Assembly: GCF_031769215.1 (NCBI RefSeq)
Contig: NW_026782188.1
Location: 1,736,001-1,800,000 of the forward strand
Reading direction: 5' to 3'
Origin: Ylistrum balloti
Taxonomy: Eukaryota
Length of the DNA: 64,000 nt
The first letter of the stretch is position 1. Each line of letters opens with the position of its first letter. Positions 1 to 13,345 of the stretch are shown in pieces. The notes beneath the pieces are model-generated. The model saw only the letters and a program-made list of their open reading frames with translations. It did not search any database and was not told where the DNA came from. The position numbers and the translations under genes were made by a program.

Positions 1-1488
1 GGTCACGGTTTTCTTAATTGTGTTAGTGTGGTCGTGCAAATGTTCATGTGATTGAAATCCATTCATGTAAACTTTCAATGAACTACATTCTAACACGTGT
101 ATAATTTGGCATGTGAAGCGAATCTCGCCAGGTGTTTTAAGTCAAACAGTGTTAGGGATACCAATGATCGGATGCAAGAAAACGATGTCTTTACAAGCGG
201 AATTCAGCCTTCGTCGCGCCCTCTCATTGATAGTTGTATTTGATAATTAATACAAGGATCATTTACCCGAAGGTTCGCCTTGTTGTTTCCGACACGTTAA
301 TTGTTAAAATTAAACATGCATGGTTATGTCCGTGTAGCAAACGGACGATATGTACATGTGTCTTGAACAATGGAATTTCTTTCATTTTATAATTGAACTA
401 TGATGTTCTCCAAAACTGAGACCTTAACTGTCATACAAATGTACGTTTATACAAGAAGAAAAACTGTTGGAACAATTGAACAGAACGAAGCATAAAGCTA
501 CCATACATTAAACATTCACTATCGTCATCTGACAAGATGTACAGTAAGGAAGATACTGCTACTTAATCCTGCCTTGGTTTCATGAAATATCCCGCTATCG
601 ATTGTTCGTTTACTTAATGCTTAACGCTTGGAATGATAGCTGATGATATAGATTTATCACTGTGCTTTATCCGACCAAATAGTATTGGGATCTGACTTAA
701 GCCTGACGGTCGGTTTCCAACCTGCAGTAAATTAAAAACACATTTGTTTTCATTGTCAAATTATTACACAAAATGTTTTAATCAACTTTACATTTGTAAT
801 CTTAAATGATATCAAATGGCACGTGCAAGCACGGCACTTGAGGACGGTAGTAATTAGTACATTCTGTATTCTAAATGGTGCCATAATTACAGTTTGTAAG
901 CGTGAATTCAGAATGTATATTCCTAACACCCGTATATACTCGGACGTTATCACCAAAGAGTAGTCAACCAATCAACTCAGAACCAATTGTCTCCGTGAAC
1001 CCGAGCTTTGACAGCGCCCGTTTAATGAAAAACAATTTTGTTGTTTTAAGGCCAAGCTCTAGACAATTTATAAACCTCTGGGTTTTTTTTCTCTCTTTTT
1101 TGTATTTAAATTAACTTCTTCTTCCAGAGTGATAACCTCAGATAGGTAGAGGAAGTAATCAATTTTATACGTGGTTTATGGTAGTAATTGTTTCCGAGGA
1201 GTATAACCCTGGTACGCTCATACAATGGTCGCATACCTCCTTAACACTTAAACTCTAGTGTATATTAGTACGCATGTCGCGGTCTCTTGTTTATCGACTA
1301 CTTAGAAAAATCGCCATAATGACATCAGTCTTGCTGTACTTGGTCAATATTCTGTACTTTTGTTATCGTTAATTTTCAAACAAAATAACTTCTTGTATTT
1401 AAGTAATGGCGTGCTCTCAGCATTCCGAATAGATATTGGAACGTGTATCAGCCCAGTGTAAATTTAAAAATAAGACACTTCCTTATAC

Positions 1489-2310
1489 TTAGGGATGAAT
1501 ACTACATATGTAATCCTGTGTGTATTTAGGGATGAGGACTACATATGTAATCCTGTGTGTATTTAGGGATGAGGAGGACTACATATGAAATCCTGTGTGT
1601 ATTTAGGGATGAGGACTACATATGTAATCCTGTTTGTATTTAGGGATGAGGAGGACTACATATGTAATCCTGTTTGTATTTAGGGATGAGGAGGACTACA
1701 TATGTAATCCTGTTTGTATTTAGGGATGAGGACTACATATGTAATCCTGTTTATATTTAGGGATGTGGAGGACTACATATGTAATCCTGTTTGTATTTAG
1801 GGATGAGGACTACATATGTAATCATGTTTGGGTATTTAGGGATGATGAGGACTACATATGTAATCCTGTTTGTATTTAGGGATGAGGACTACATATGTAA
1901 TCCTTTGTATTTAGGGATGAGGACTACATATGTAATCCTGTTTGTATTTAGGGATGAGGACTACATATGTAATCCTGTTTGTATTTAGGGATGAGGAGGA
2001 CTACATATGTAATCCTGTGTGTATTTAGGGATGAGGACTACATATGTAATCCTGTTTGTATTTAGGGATGAGGACTACATATGTAATCCTGTTTATATTT
2101 AGGGATTAGGAGGACTACATATGTAATCCTGTTTGGGTATTTAGGGATGAGCACTACATATGTAATCTTGTGTGTATATAGGGATGATGAGGACTACATA
2201 TGTAATCTTGTGTGTATATAGGGATGATGAGGACTACATATGTAATCATGTTTGGGTATTTAGGGATGAGGACTACATATGTAATCCTGTGTGTATTTAG
2301 GGATAAGGAT
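1489..2310. repeat. Minisatellite, 37-bp unit (TTTAGGGATGAGGACTACATATGTAATCCTGTTTGTA; 40-bp variants with extra GAG), about 21 copies
   Basis: Directly visible tandem array; source of ORF 1791-1988. Confidence 0.97.
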
Positions 2311-3396
2311 TACAATATTTCAATCCCTAATTTTTTTAGTATTCTAAATATTTTTTAGAATTTGGGATATTAATATCCCTCCGTGCAAACTACAAATGCA
2401 ATAACCATTTTTTTCTCCGAAATCATGATCGTTCTATGTTATCGTGATCCAATCATACTGATGCACTTTTTAACCCCGTTAAATTGTGAACTAATGACGT
2501 TTTTTATAGACAAGCTCACTACAAGGGTAATAGTCTTCTTTTATATCAGAGTTCAACTGTTTAAGGGGCTACAGATGATGAAAACAATTTTTTAACGAAA
2601 TATCGCATATCGACTTGTAATCATTCTTCTATTTGGTTGGTGAATTTCTAGACGAGACCAGGGATCTATCCTTCAAACGAGAGTGTTTTTTTATAATGAG
2701 AATCTCAAGTGAGAAATTGTTTTGTCCATATCGAAGGAGAATTGTACACGCACGTGTAGCTCGTGCAAAACTGTAGTACTTATAAATCCTGTTCAATGCG
2801 TCTCGTTTCGACTTAGGTAGATCAGCTGAAAAGTAAACACTACGGTTAATAGTATAGTTGTGCGATTAGGGTTCCAAGATAATAGTTCAGAAACGGCTAG
2901 CAAATCATTTCGACATCAATTGGTTACAAGGAATAATGGTCTGTAATTTTATGAAAGATTTATGATATCGTTATAAAAGAAATGAACTTTGCTATAGTAT
3001 TCCTTCGTTGATGTAGTCAGACGGAGGCTTCTAACACTACAACGAGTAGCCAACGACTCCAATTTTCAATCGGATATTATACCAGTTTACCAGAAACGTC
3101 ACTAGAATTTTAAGAGGATCAAACGTACAGAGCAGGTGAAGAACAAACATGAAAAAGATACCACACGGATTGTATAGTTTTACCCCAATCGGGATGCACC
3201 TTCGCAACAAATCACTGATAAAGCACCAAGCTGGACTAAGCAGTTTGGTTTGGTTTGGTTTCTTTGTAGTTTTTCCCCTTTTTGATTTTGTGTTTATTTA
3301 TTTATTTATCTATCTATTTATCTATTTTAATTCGTGTATCTTGAAGACGAGCCACTTTTACCGGTAAGCTGAAGGTGAATTGATTAAGTGTAGCGT

Positions 3397-3470
3397 TTAT
3401 CAATCCATCAATCAATCAATCAATTCGATAATCGATCAATCAATCGATTCGATAATCAGCCAATCAATCG
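3397..3470. repeat. Imperfect (ATCA)n microsatellite; (TTTA/TCTA)n tract nearby at about 3293-3325
   Basis: Visible tetranucleotide runs. Confidence 0.85.
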
Positions 3471-4454
3471 TGTTAAGCAGAGAATCTGCTCTCTATAAAC
3501 GGCAGTCATTCACTCTCCAGGACTAGAAAAATTATCACCGCTCTTTAATAAGTTTACCAATTCAATGGGAGCATGTCTCTCCAACAAAACGCTGTGAGTA
3601 AAGAATTGGAGCCAGCAATACGATCCTACATGAAATCGGTTGCTATGGCAAGGATGTACAATGCTTATTAGAGAAACTTTTTGATGTGTCCTCGTATGAC
3701 GATATAAAAGGACATTTATGATTGTGGACTTAGTCGTGTGTACGTTAAATGTATTCAACCATTTATACCAACATTTACTGGATCATTCCTGATAAGATGA
3801 AAATATGTGTCAACAGAAGGATAAAACTAAATTGTGGACATTTTTATGTCCCTCTGCTGAAAAGTACTTTCAGTTTTGAAACAAAATTTCGACATCTACT
3901 CAATGTTGATGTTTCTAAGACACAATACGGTATGTATACCATAACAGAAGGAGAGTTACGAATGTAATAGAAGGATTCCTTATATACTGTCTGCTTCTCA
4001 GTCACGACCAATGTTAACTTTGATTTGATATTTGGTACCTTTGGTACATATGCTGGTATCAGATATATTTGTAATGAGATTTCCGCTGCAGAAATTTGCA
4101 CAATAACTTAAAAAGATTTTACGGACTGAGGTCAGAATGTCCTTACTACAGTTTCGTCGTCGCCATCAATTTTGAAATGTCCCCTCCGGACCACGTGCAC
4201 CAATGATTAAACATTGCTCGGGTGTCTGTGGCGCCTACACCCGCACTCCAGGTAGGGAAGTACAGGTTCCACCAGCCACCTGTTAGTAAATAATATGGAA
4301 AGGAGAAAAAAAGTACTCCGGGAATTTATACAGAAAGATTATATATCAAATCTATTACGTCATAGTATGTATATTTCTAATATTCAGTAAGTGGCTTGCA
4401 ATAGCAGTGTGTCTAAAAGGGGTTTGGTGAAATATAATGACCGGTTTATCACAT

Positions 4455-4462
4455 TGACGTCA
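4455..4462. promoter_or_regulatory. Perfect CRE palindrome TGACGTCA
   Basis: Exact 8-mer in the CpG-rich upstream region; function not shown. Confidence 0.35.
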
Positions 4463-4804
4463 AACTAAAAACGAACCCTCGTGACACTTAAAGCCCTCTG
4501 TAATGAGTCCCGAGGTCCGTTTACCTGTTTAGATCTTGTTGGTGTTTCTGGCTGTAGTGGGTATATCGCACCAGTAAACCAATGGCGTGTCCCATTTATT
4601 ATTGTAGAATGACTATCGTAGGAAGGATAATATGATTAAACAACCTCTGAAAAATATCGCTTTATCTACAACTCGTTAAGTTGTGGTTAAAATAGATGGG
4701 ATCAACCTACGTTTCTCTCGATTTAAGATTTCTTTCTATATCAATATTTATAGGACCATTTAAGTTACGTTAAAGTGTAGTTTTGACCTTGGTATAGACA
4801 AACA

Positions 4805-4840
4805 ATATCATCCGTATATATATATATATATATATCATCC

Positions 4841-4875
<35 letters not shown>
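4805..4875. repeat. (TA)n microsatellite with duplicated ATATCATCCG(TA)n block
   Basis: Visible directly. Confidence 0.95.
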
Positions 4876-4876
<1 letters not shown>

Positions 4877-5159
4877 AAAGAGAACAAAATATGTCCTTTG
4901 ATAGCTTATGATTACAGTGATGGGAAGAAATGAACATAGATGTAATGTTTACCAGTATACGACTACAGAATCATGGAAAATAACCCGTCCGTTAACGGAT
5001 GCTTTATCAACTTGAAGTAATTGTTTGTAAACCCTTAAATACCATGTCTATATAGCATGCATACACGAAAATACTTCACACATAACAGCATCCTGTAGTT
5101 TGATCGTCTCCACACAGAGGTCACATGCTGTCAGGTACAAGTGTATATTTGCATGCATG

Positions 5160-5830
5160 GATGTGATATCTCGAGTACATGTTGACAGACCCAGGCGCAT
5201 CATCTCGGGTACATATTGATAGACTCACGTGTGGTATCTGGGGTACATGTTGACAGACCCAGGCGCATCATCTCGGGTACATATTGATAGACTCACGTGT
5301 GGTATCTGGGGTACATGTTGACAGACCCAGGCGCATCATCTCGGGTACATATTGATAGACTCACGTGTGTGTATCTGGGGTACATGTTGACAGACCCAGG
5401 CGCATCATCTCGGGTACATATTGATAGACTCACGTGTGATATCTGAGGTACATGTTGACAGAACCAGGCTCATCATCTCGGGTACATATTGATAGACTCA
5501 TGTGTGATATCTGGGGTACATGTTGACAGACCCGGGCGCATCATCTCGCGTACGTATTGATAGACTCACGTGTGATATCTGGGGTACATGTTAACAGTCA
5601 CCTGTAATATCTTGGGTACATGTTGACAAACTCATGTGTGATATCTCGGGTAGATATTGACAGTCACGGGTGACATTTCGGGTACATTTTTACAGACTCA
5701 CATGTGACATCTTATGAAGATGTTGACAGACACACAAGTGATATCTCAGTTACACGTGAACAGAATAACGCGTAATATCTTGGGAACATGCTGACGGACC
5801 CAGATACATCCTCTCGGTGTATTATATCGG
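5160..5830. repeat. Tandem array of 68-bp dimers (two diverged 34-bp subunits), decaying to 34-bp monomers after about 5580
   Basis: GTACATGTTG recurs at 5175 and 5243 (period 68), with GTACATATTG at the half period. Confidence 0.93.
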
Positions 5831-6546
5831 TACATATTGATTATTGATTTTATCGTATAGGAAAATGGATAACTATTGATGTTGTATGGCATTCCTATAG
5901 TGTAACTTTACCAAAGTCATCTGTGTTACACGTGTATGAACTGCCAACAGGGTTAAAATGTTGTAAGTTATGTTAGCAAATTGAGATTTCTTTCCTTATA
6001 ACAGTAAATGTTGTTTATAATGATTTGTTAAACTAGATGTCAACTAGATAATACACAATAAAACATGAAGCGCGTGAACTTGCTTTTATCCAGTTGGCAT
6101 TCACACAGCACGTAGATGCCAGCTTAAAATAGTTCAATGCTTAAAACGACATAATTTTCCGGAACTTCTGCATTTTTTTGCTTCGTCCTTAGGATTTCAA
6201 TAATCCTATCTTACGCTTAAACCACTCCAGGGAATAGTTCCATCAATCTTACCTTAGAGGGAGATGAAAATTTTAAAGAAGCTTTATACCCAAACATACT
6301 TAGTTTCACTGGTGTTTTCGACGGATTTCAACTTCCGAGGGTGAAATTATACAAAATTTGTTAAATACACAAATTAAAAAACACATTTGCCCAAATGACT
6401 AACGAAAATATGTGAATAGTCCATTAGATAGGACAGAAGCTTTGTCACACTATAAGGATTCTGTCCTGTTCCAATATGCTCTTAAACATGCGCGTGTCCT
6501 GTGAGACATCATGCATATTTAACTTGTCATGACATATTACTTTTGA

Positions 6547-6554
6547 TGACGTCA
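6547..6554. promoter_or_regulatory. Perfect CRE palindrome TGACGTCA
   Basis: Exact 8-mer about 2 kb upstream of the candidate first-exon donor; function not shown. Confidence 0.35.
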
Positions 6555-6931
6555 TAATTGGTAATAAAATACACGTCATGTTGATAACATAGCATACCAG
6601 TCATATAATGCCATAAACAGTCATCTTTCAACATTTGATAACCTACAGACGGGAAAATGAAAGGAATAAAAATATAATTTGAAATATTATAACTAATAAT
6701 TATCATTTAAGAGCGGTATGCAAATTTTGATAAAATATGATCTTTCCTGTATGCATGGAGTTCGGTATGAAAGATTCATCAAAAGAATAAACTTATCCTC
6801 TTTACAACGCCGTGAAAAATTAACACCTTCAATCTATCGAATTTTAATTTAATGTAAAATGGGATACTATGTTTAACGTAATATATTTTTTGTGAAATAT
6901 GAAATTACATTTGTATATGAGCTAGTGAAAT

Positions 6932-7005
6932 GTGTGTGTGTGTGTGTTTGTTTTTTGTTTTTTTGTTTGTTTTTTTTTTTGTGTTTTTTTGTTTTTTGTT
7001 TTTTT
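6932..7005. repeat. (TG)n plus T-rich low-complexity tract
   Basis: Visible directly. Confidence 0.9.
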
Positions 7006-7799
7006 TACTATAGGACGCTGGATATCCATGAAAGTAGTTTATTCTTAGAATCAAGCAACTGAATATTTAAAATATCGCACCTACACACGTCATAAAGACA
7101 GACAGGCGTCTGCAATATCTCTGTTAAAAACTACAGTAAACTACAAACTCATCTCCACACTCAAGCAGATCTACAAAGTCTAGGTTGTAATAAATTTTAT
7201 ATCGTATTGTTGTGTATGTTTTCCGTCTATGTATACCTACAATTTTTATTGAAATTTTGAGACATGAAACTAAGTGTTTCCGCGTCATGACAATACGACA
7301 AGTTCGACAAAGTGTATCCCCCTCATTAAATCACGTATCTAAGGGGGAACTCTTTTTACTGGTTACGTTTATAGTTTATTGTCTACAATAAAAATAAGTG
7401 AGAAAAGTGTAATGTATCGTCTGTCGTTCTCATCCTTCATTTTGAGTAAATTATCAGTCAGTAGATTCAATTGAACACAAACTAAGCAAATGATAAGTTA
7501 TAACTTCAATAAACATGACACTATCTAAATTTTTAACGAATCGTTGAAGTTAACTCATCAACCACGACTTCCGTTGAATTTTAAATCATTTCCAGTAACG
7601 CATATGTAGTACTAAATATAACTAACCACGAATAAAAAAAATACAAACAGACCCTAAAATATCGATTAGAAAAAATACCCTAGTACTAACAAAAACGTTC
7701 CTGTGGTACTTTTTGTATTCGTTTCTAACTGTTGATTAACGTGTACGGTAAACATATATCCGTAGCACATCACACATGTATACAGTGCACATGTATTGT

Positions 7800-8517
7800 T
7801 CCGGAAAAAAAATTAAAATAACTCTCTCGAGTCACTCGTTCATTTAAATACATGTGTATATGGGATTAACCTCGATAGTGACACACACGGTAGACACATT
7901 CAGATGTTTCGCGGTATTAACCACGATAACATAGTATAAGCTGATATCGCCTCGTCTACCTACATGTTGCGGCTGCTGCAACTAATTGTCTCCCCCTGAT
8001 TCTGGTGAAAAGCGCTGTCTGCCGATGTACCCACAATGCCATATTTAGCGTAATTGACGACTTGGTGTGAAACGATCTGGCACAGTAGTAGGCAGAGGGC
8101 TACCGTTCATGGATAATGTATGGAATACGTAACAGTTACACTGAGCCGTGATATTGAGTGAAATAATGACAGTTCTACGAAGGGTATGCATTTATAATTC
8201 TTCTGCATGTACGTGGACTGATTTTAGTCCTCGATAAAATGTGTTTTCGATGGACAGTGTGTAAAATTCGTCTGCTAAAAAATGGCCATGGTTGCCAGTG
8301 AAAGTGAGGGAGTATAGGATTTCACCAGGCAACATCTCTCCTGAATATGCATAAGTATATATACACATATCACAGGGTGATAATTGAAGTATAGGAACCA
8401 TCTTTATGTTATCAATATGATGTTCATCGATTTCTGATACTCCACCGTTCTGTTGTGGATTTTTACTGTTAGATGATTCTGTTAAAAGACCTTTCTATAA
8501 GGGTCTTGCAGGTAAGA
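7800..8517 (+). promoter_or_regulatory. Candidate promoter / non-coding first exon ending at donor 8511
   Basis: Strong donor GCAG|GTAAGA at 8511/8512, about 190 nt before the CpG-rich to CpG-poor switch; ETS-like CCGGAA at 7801. The 5' end cannot be located from sequence. Confidence 0.5.
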
Positions 8518-11500
8518 AGGTGTAACCAGTATCATCACACATTTTGAACGAGAAATTACATGTTAAATATAGTAATTTTCTGATACTGTTACTGATATTC
8601 TCGTAGGCTAACTTGTGTTAAGATTATTAATTGATGTTATACATTGTATGTAAACATCGCTAGCCAGCACGTTGCATGTTTAATCTGAGACGTAAACCAT
8701 TAATAAGCCTTAATTTTCATGTACTGATGTATACATGTTATAGCCTAATGCTCTACTACTTCCTTAGATAATATTAGTAATAAAGGTTTTTAATACTAGT
8801 GTTACTGTTATGTTAGGTTTTATGTCCATGATCTAAGGTGTTGTGTGCTACATGGCTTTGAACCCTGTTCAGGCTATTTAAATACATAATGACTGTTGAA
8901 GCTAGTAGATTGTAAATTGCCAATCATTGACAGAAGGATAAACAAATATTCTTACTAATGGAATTGAGTTGCTTCACCTTTCTTCAGTTTCTATTTGCTG
9001 TGAAGCACCATGAAAATCTTTAAATGTGTTGTTGCATTTCTGAAAGATGGAGTACAGTGTATTATCCAATAGACATTTAACTGAGGAAAGAGTTAAGCTG
9101 AAGTTATTTAGACAATACTGCATGGAATTCCAATGTAAAGAAAAAAATGTTAAACTGGCATGATATACCAAGAGCAAAGTCACTTGAGATTACAAAGGAG
9201 CAGAAGAAAAACAGAAATCATTAATGGTTCTTACCCCTTCTTACTTCATCAAATTCATTTGTAGAGTTTATTAACTAATTCAGGCAGATCTAGATTGTTC
9301 TACCTATTTAGAAGTAAAGGCTTCATATGTTTAAATATTGTACAACTGTTTTTGCAATAACTGCAATTCTTGATAAACATTCTGGCCAACCATCTGGTTC
9401 CCACTTTGCAAGTTTGGAAATTGTAAATTTGAAAAAGTTCAAAAATATGCATTTACTACAAATGCAAAATATAATAGTTCTGAAAGATTAAAAATTATAT
9501 GTTAATCCTGTACATCTTTTAGTCCTAGCTTGATGCCTGCATCTTGAATGTAAAGGAGTAGCACGATGGAGTGTCTTGTGTAGAAAGGAATTTCATGCAC
9601 TATTGTATTAAAATTTAAAAAAAAAAATAGATGATGCTGAAATACATAGTAACTCCATAATGTATCCTTTTGTGTTTTTTTTTTAGTAAATTTAGAATTG
9701 TTTGTTCTTGTGTTAATCAATCAAGATTTACCTTGTTGTGAAAATAACACTGGTGTGTCTCACTAAGTATCCTTGCTGTGTTTGCTTGATCATGGCTGAC
9801 ATGATCTCCACCAACTCAATCAGCCAAAATAGCTAATTACAAAATTAGAACAAAAATAACAGTCTAGAACTATTCTTCACTTGAAGAATGGCACTTGCTT
9901 AGGCTATAGTGGGTATGCTGCTAGTCGTTCTTGACCCTGTGAATAATAGATTATGTATCTAGAAGGCAAATTACACTTGATTATCAGCAGTTTGTGTGAA
10001 CTCACAATAGTTTGATTACTTTACGATGTTTCATTGCTGTTTTACAAAAATCAGTAGTCTCTCTTTTTCAAATTATTGAAATTCTGTTGTGTTTTTTATT
10101 GTATTGCTGTATTGTATAAATATTCATTCTTTAGGTTCTGGCATATGCTTATTCATTATAGATAAGGTTATGTTATGATACACAGTAAAAAAATTACAGA
10201 AAGTAACAGGCATGGTAATATTAGTGTCAGTAGGTACGTATGTAGCTTCTGTAATTAGCTTTCCTCTATGTGTTATGTCTATGAATATTTTGCACATGTT
10301 AATGGCCAGGCTACTGTAAGTCATAACTCATAGAAAATCTTACAATAAACAATTATCAATATTTATATATAATTTACATTGTGTAGGAAAGCAAGACCGA
10401 TGGTTGTGATTCTGTATGATAAAAATCAATTCTTGCAATGTTTGAAAAAATATTTCTTATTCTAGTCAGTTTTTGACAAATCACGAATTTATACCCAAGG
10501 TACTGACATATGTGCAGAAAAATCCTGGTTAAATATCTTTTAGAAAGGATAAAGAGCTTTTTTCTTCTTGTGGGAATCTCTTACTACAATTTGTCAAAAC
10601 TTCAAAGTAAAGAAAAACCTCAAGTCTTATGCCACAACATTTATTTAGCAAAATATTGTGATATTTCATTATTTGTTCAAACATCTAGGAAAACCTGTTG
10701 AGAAATATTCATGAAAAAAAAAGAAACAAGGACCTTGAAATATCAATGTGTCTGGCGGTTAGTGAGCACTAGGTAGTAAATGAAATGACTGGCATAGTAC
10801 ATACATGTATAATGGTCTTGGTATTGTGGGCATTGATTTTCAGTACACAGATATTTGAGTCCTTATGCCTTCCAAGGGGACTTGTTCACATTTTAAGAAC
10901 CTATATTATAAATATTTGTAGTAATGGGACACAAAATCGTTCTGAAACTTATTCAGGAGATTATGTCTGAATAAAGCTTTGAGGTGGTTAAGTTTTATAT
11001 TTTCGGTTGCCATTTCAAAATGAAGGTACCTGGCTGAGGGAAAAATTTTAACAGGAGTGTCATGAAGGGCAATGAATTCAAATTGACATTGATCCTTTAT
11101 TCTAGAAAACAAAGCCAATGAATTGACCACTGTTAAGGCAAAAGTATACATATACAATTGTATAACATGTTAAAACTAATTATGGAAGTCATTACTCAAA
11201 CCGTCATCACCAACATCACAACTATAGATCAATTTATGAAAATTCATATTCATGTCATAGCCATTGGTTACCACACAAATGGTATCATTGAAATGGGACA
11301 GCTACTATAAACGATATTTACAAAGTTTTCATGTCAGGAAATTAGTCTACCTAAAATCTAGTCCCTCACCACAGTATAAGCAACAACTGTCATATGTCAT
11401 CCCTGATAACTATATTATCTAGATATGTTTGGACTGCATGATTCCTTGATATGTCTTTAGTAATGAAAATATTCAAAATTTGTGAATGCCAACAAACAGA

Positions 11501-13297
11501 TTAGATTTGATGTCCATTTGGAAAATTAGCAGGTATTTTGGTAGCTTCAAGTGTTGACAGAAGCTAGAAACGAGGTCAATAGCAAGCTGGAATAACTTGT
11601 GGAATATAATTTTCAAATTCTGGAGATTGCAAATTAACCCAGTATCCCAGTATGAAAAAAGTGGAGCCTGAAAATGGAATTAATATTTCACACTTAGATA
11701 GCTATAATTTGTGTATAATACTTCAAACCTTATTTTCAAAATACATGAAAGAACAATATTCATTATAAGATCGAATGTCAAGACAAGCTAAAATGAAACC
11801 TACCAGGTATGTCAAAGTTAGACAGCTCTGCTCTATTGCACAGATATGGAAATTATTGTTTACACAGAGTTAGTGGATATTGGCTTCTGTTAATGTTCTA
11901 TTTTGCAAAATAGTTTGAGATGTAAGATTTTTACCCAGTACTAATTATTGTTGTTGATTACCTGGTACATATTTGCTGTATGTGTACTGGAAGCCTTCCT
12001 TCAATAAAACATCTAATTAGCTACATATAACTGCAGAAGTATAATAATTCCAGCATCAGTATTGTGCTGCAATGTGGCCTTATTAACACAATTTTCATAA
12101 ATATTTCTATTTGAGAAAACATGAAGATTTAGCATCAATTTAGTAATTAGTTTCTAATTAATAGTTAATATCTCTGTATCGCCAAAAAATCCATATTTCA
12201 GTACGAGATATAATGTGGTGTTTTTTCCTTGGAGCAGCAACACCTTTTCAGTACATAGTTATATACACAGGACTGTGTCTATCCAATTAACAACGATTAA
12301 TGAATCCCCAGAGAAAGCCGAGTCCCATTGCTAGGTTTAGTGTAGATTCTACAAGTATTGATGACTGCTTTGCGTACAATCCTGCTGTAGATACTGATAA
12401 GTAAGTAGCAGTCATACATAATATATACTAATACAAGTACCATGCATATAAATATTTATATTCAATGTTTCAGCCTGCAAATTGGAAAATGAAAAAAAAA
12501 AACCTGTTACATGATGGTTTAAATTAAGAAGTATATAATCCAGTTATAAATACTTGTTATAATATCATAATTACTGGGTCTAAAGGTAGTTTAGGTTGAT
12601 CTCTGTGCTCTTACAGTAACTGTAATTAATGTGTGGCTTTAAAATTGAATCAAGTTCTAGACAATAGCATAACACTGTCTTGTTACATAAGGTAGTGTCT
12701 GCGGTAGAAAGAAAATTACTCAAATCAAATCTCACGACTGTTTCTGATGAACTGTTCGATGATCATTTGTCAGATGATCAGTACAGAATGTGTAATGGAA
12801 AAAAACCATATATTGTTTATGTGTACCTGATTTCTTGCAATCCCTGAGGTTTGTTTTAACATTTATTTTGCTGTAAAGAGAAAGTCATGTTTTTACCATG
12901 TGAAATAGCTCACATTATTGTACTAGTTATCAGTGCATGTACTTGTGGTTGCTGGTTGCCAGCATAAACATCCTATAGCTGGTATTCATCCACACTGTTA
13001 AACCAACAATTTTTTCAGCATACAATAGGTTGATATCACAACACTGCCAGAATTATCTTCTGACCAACCAGCTGTTTTAAAACTTAGAGAGAACACTTGT
13101 AAGAATTAACAATCTTTAAACTTTGAATTTGTAATCTTGGAAAATAGACTGCATGCCTGTTATATGGTAATCAAGTTCTGAATCCCATAGTTTTGCAATG
13201 ACGGATCTGGGTATAGATTACTCCACTTATAATCAATAATAGAAAGAAAATTGAGAATTGCTGACTATTACCTGTATTTTCTTGTTGTCTGTTACAG

Positions 13298-13345
13298 GTC
13301 TAAGGGAAACATTAAAGTTGTGATAAAAGAATTTGTGAAAAATTC
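13298..13345 (+). other. SLC8A (NCX): 5' UTR part of exon 2 (acceptor at 13297/13298)
   Basis: Polypyrimidine tract cctgtattttcttgttgtctgttacAG ends at 13297, with CTGAC branch-like motif at 13261-13265. Confidence 0.85.

Noticed and set aside
1489-2310. Palindromic ~37-bp repeats resembling a CRISPR array
   Set aside because: No unique spacers, no cas genes, eukaryotic context.
1228-2580. TTAA-flanked termini (ACCTCCTTAA at about 1240; TTAAGGGGCTAC at about 2560) suggesting Kolobok/piggyBac MITEs
   Set aside because: No matching partner inverted repeat found by eye.
3149-3367. 72-aa ORF as an independent gene
   Set aside because: Largely microsatellite-derived (FIYL repeats); kept only as a possible uORF.
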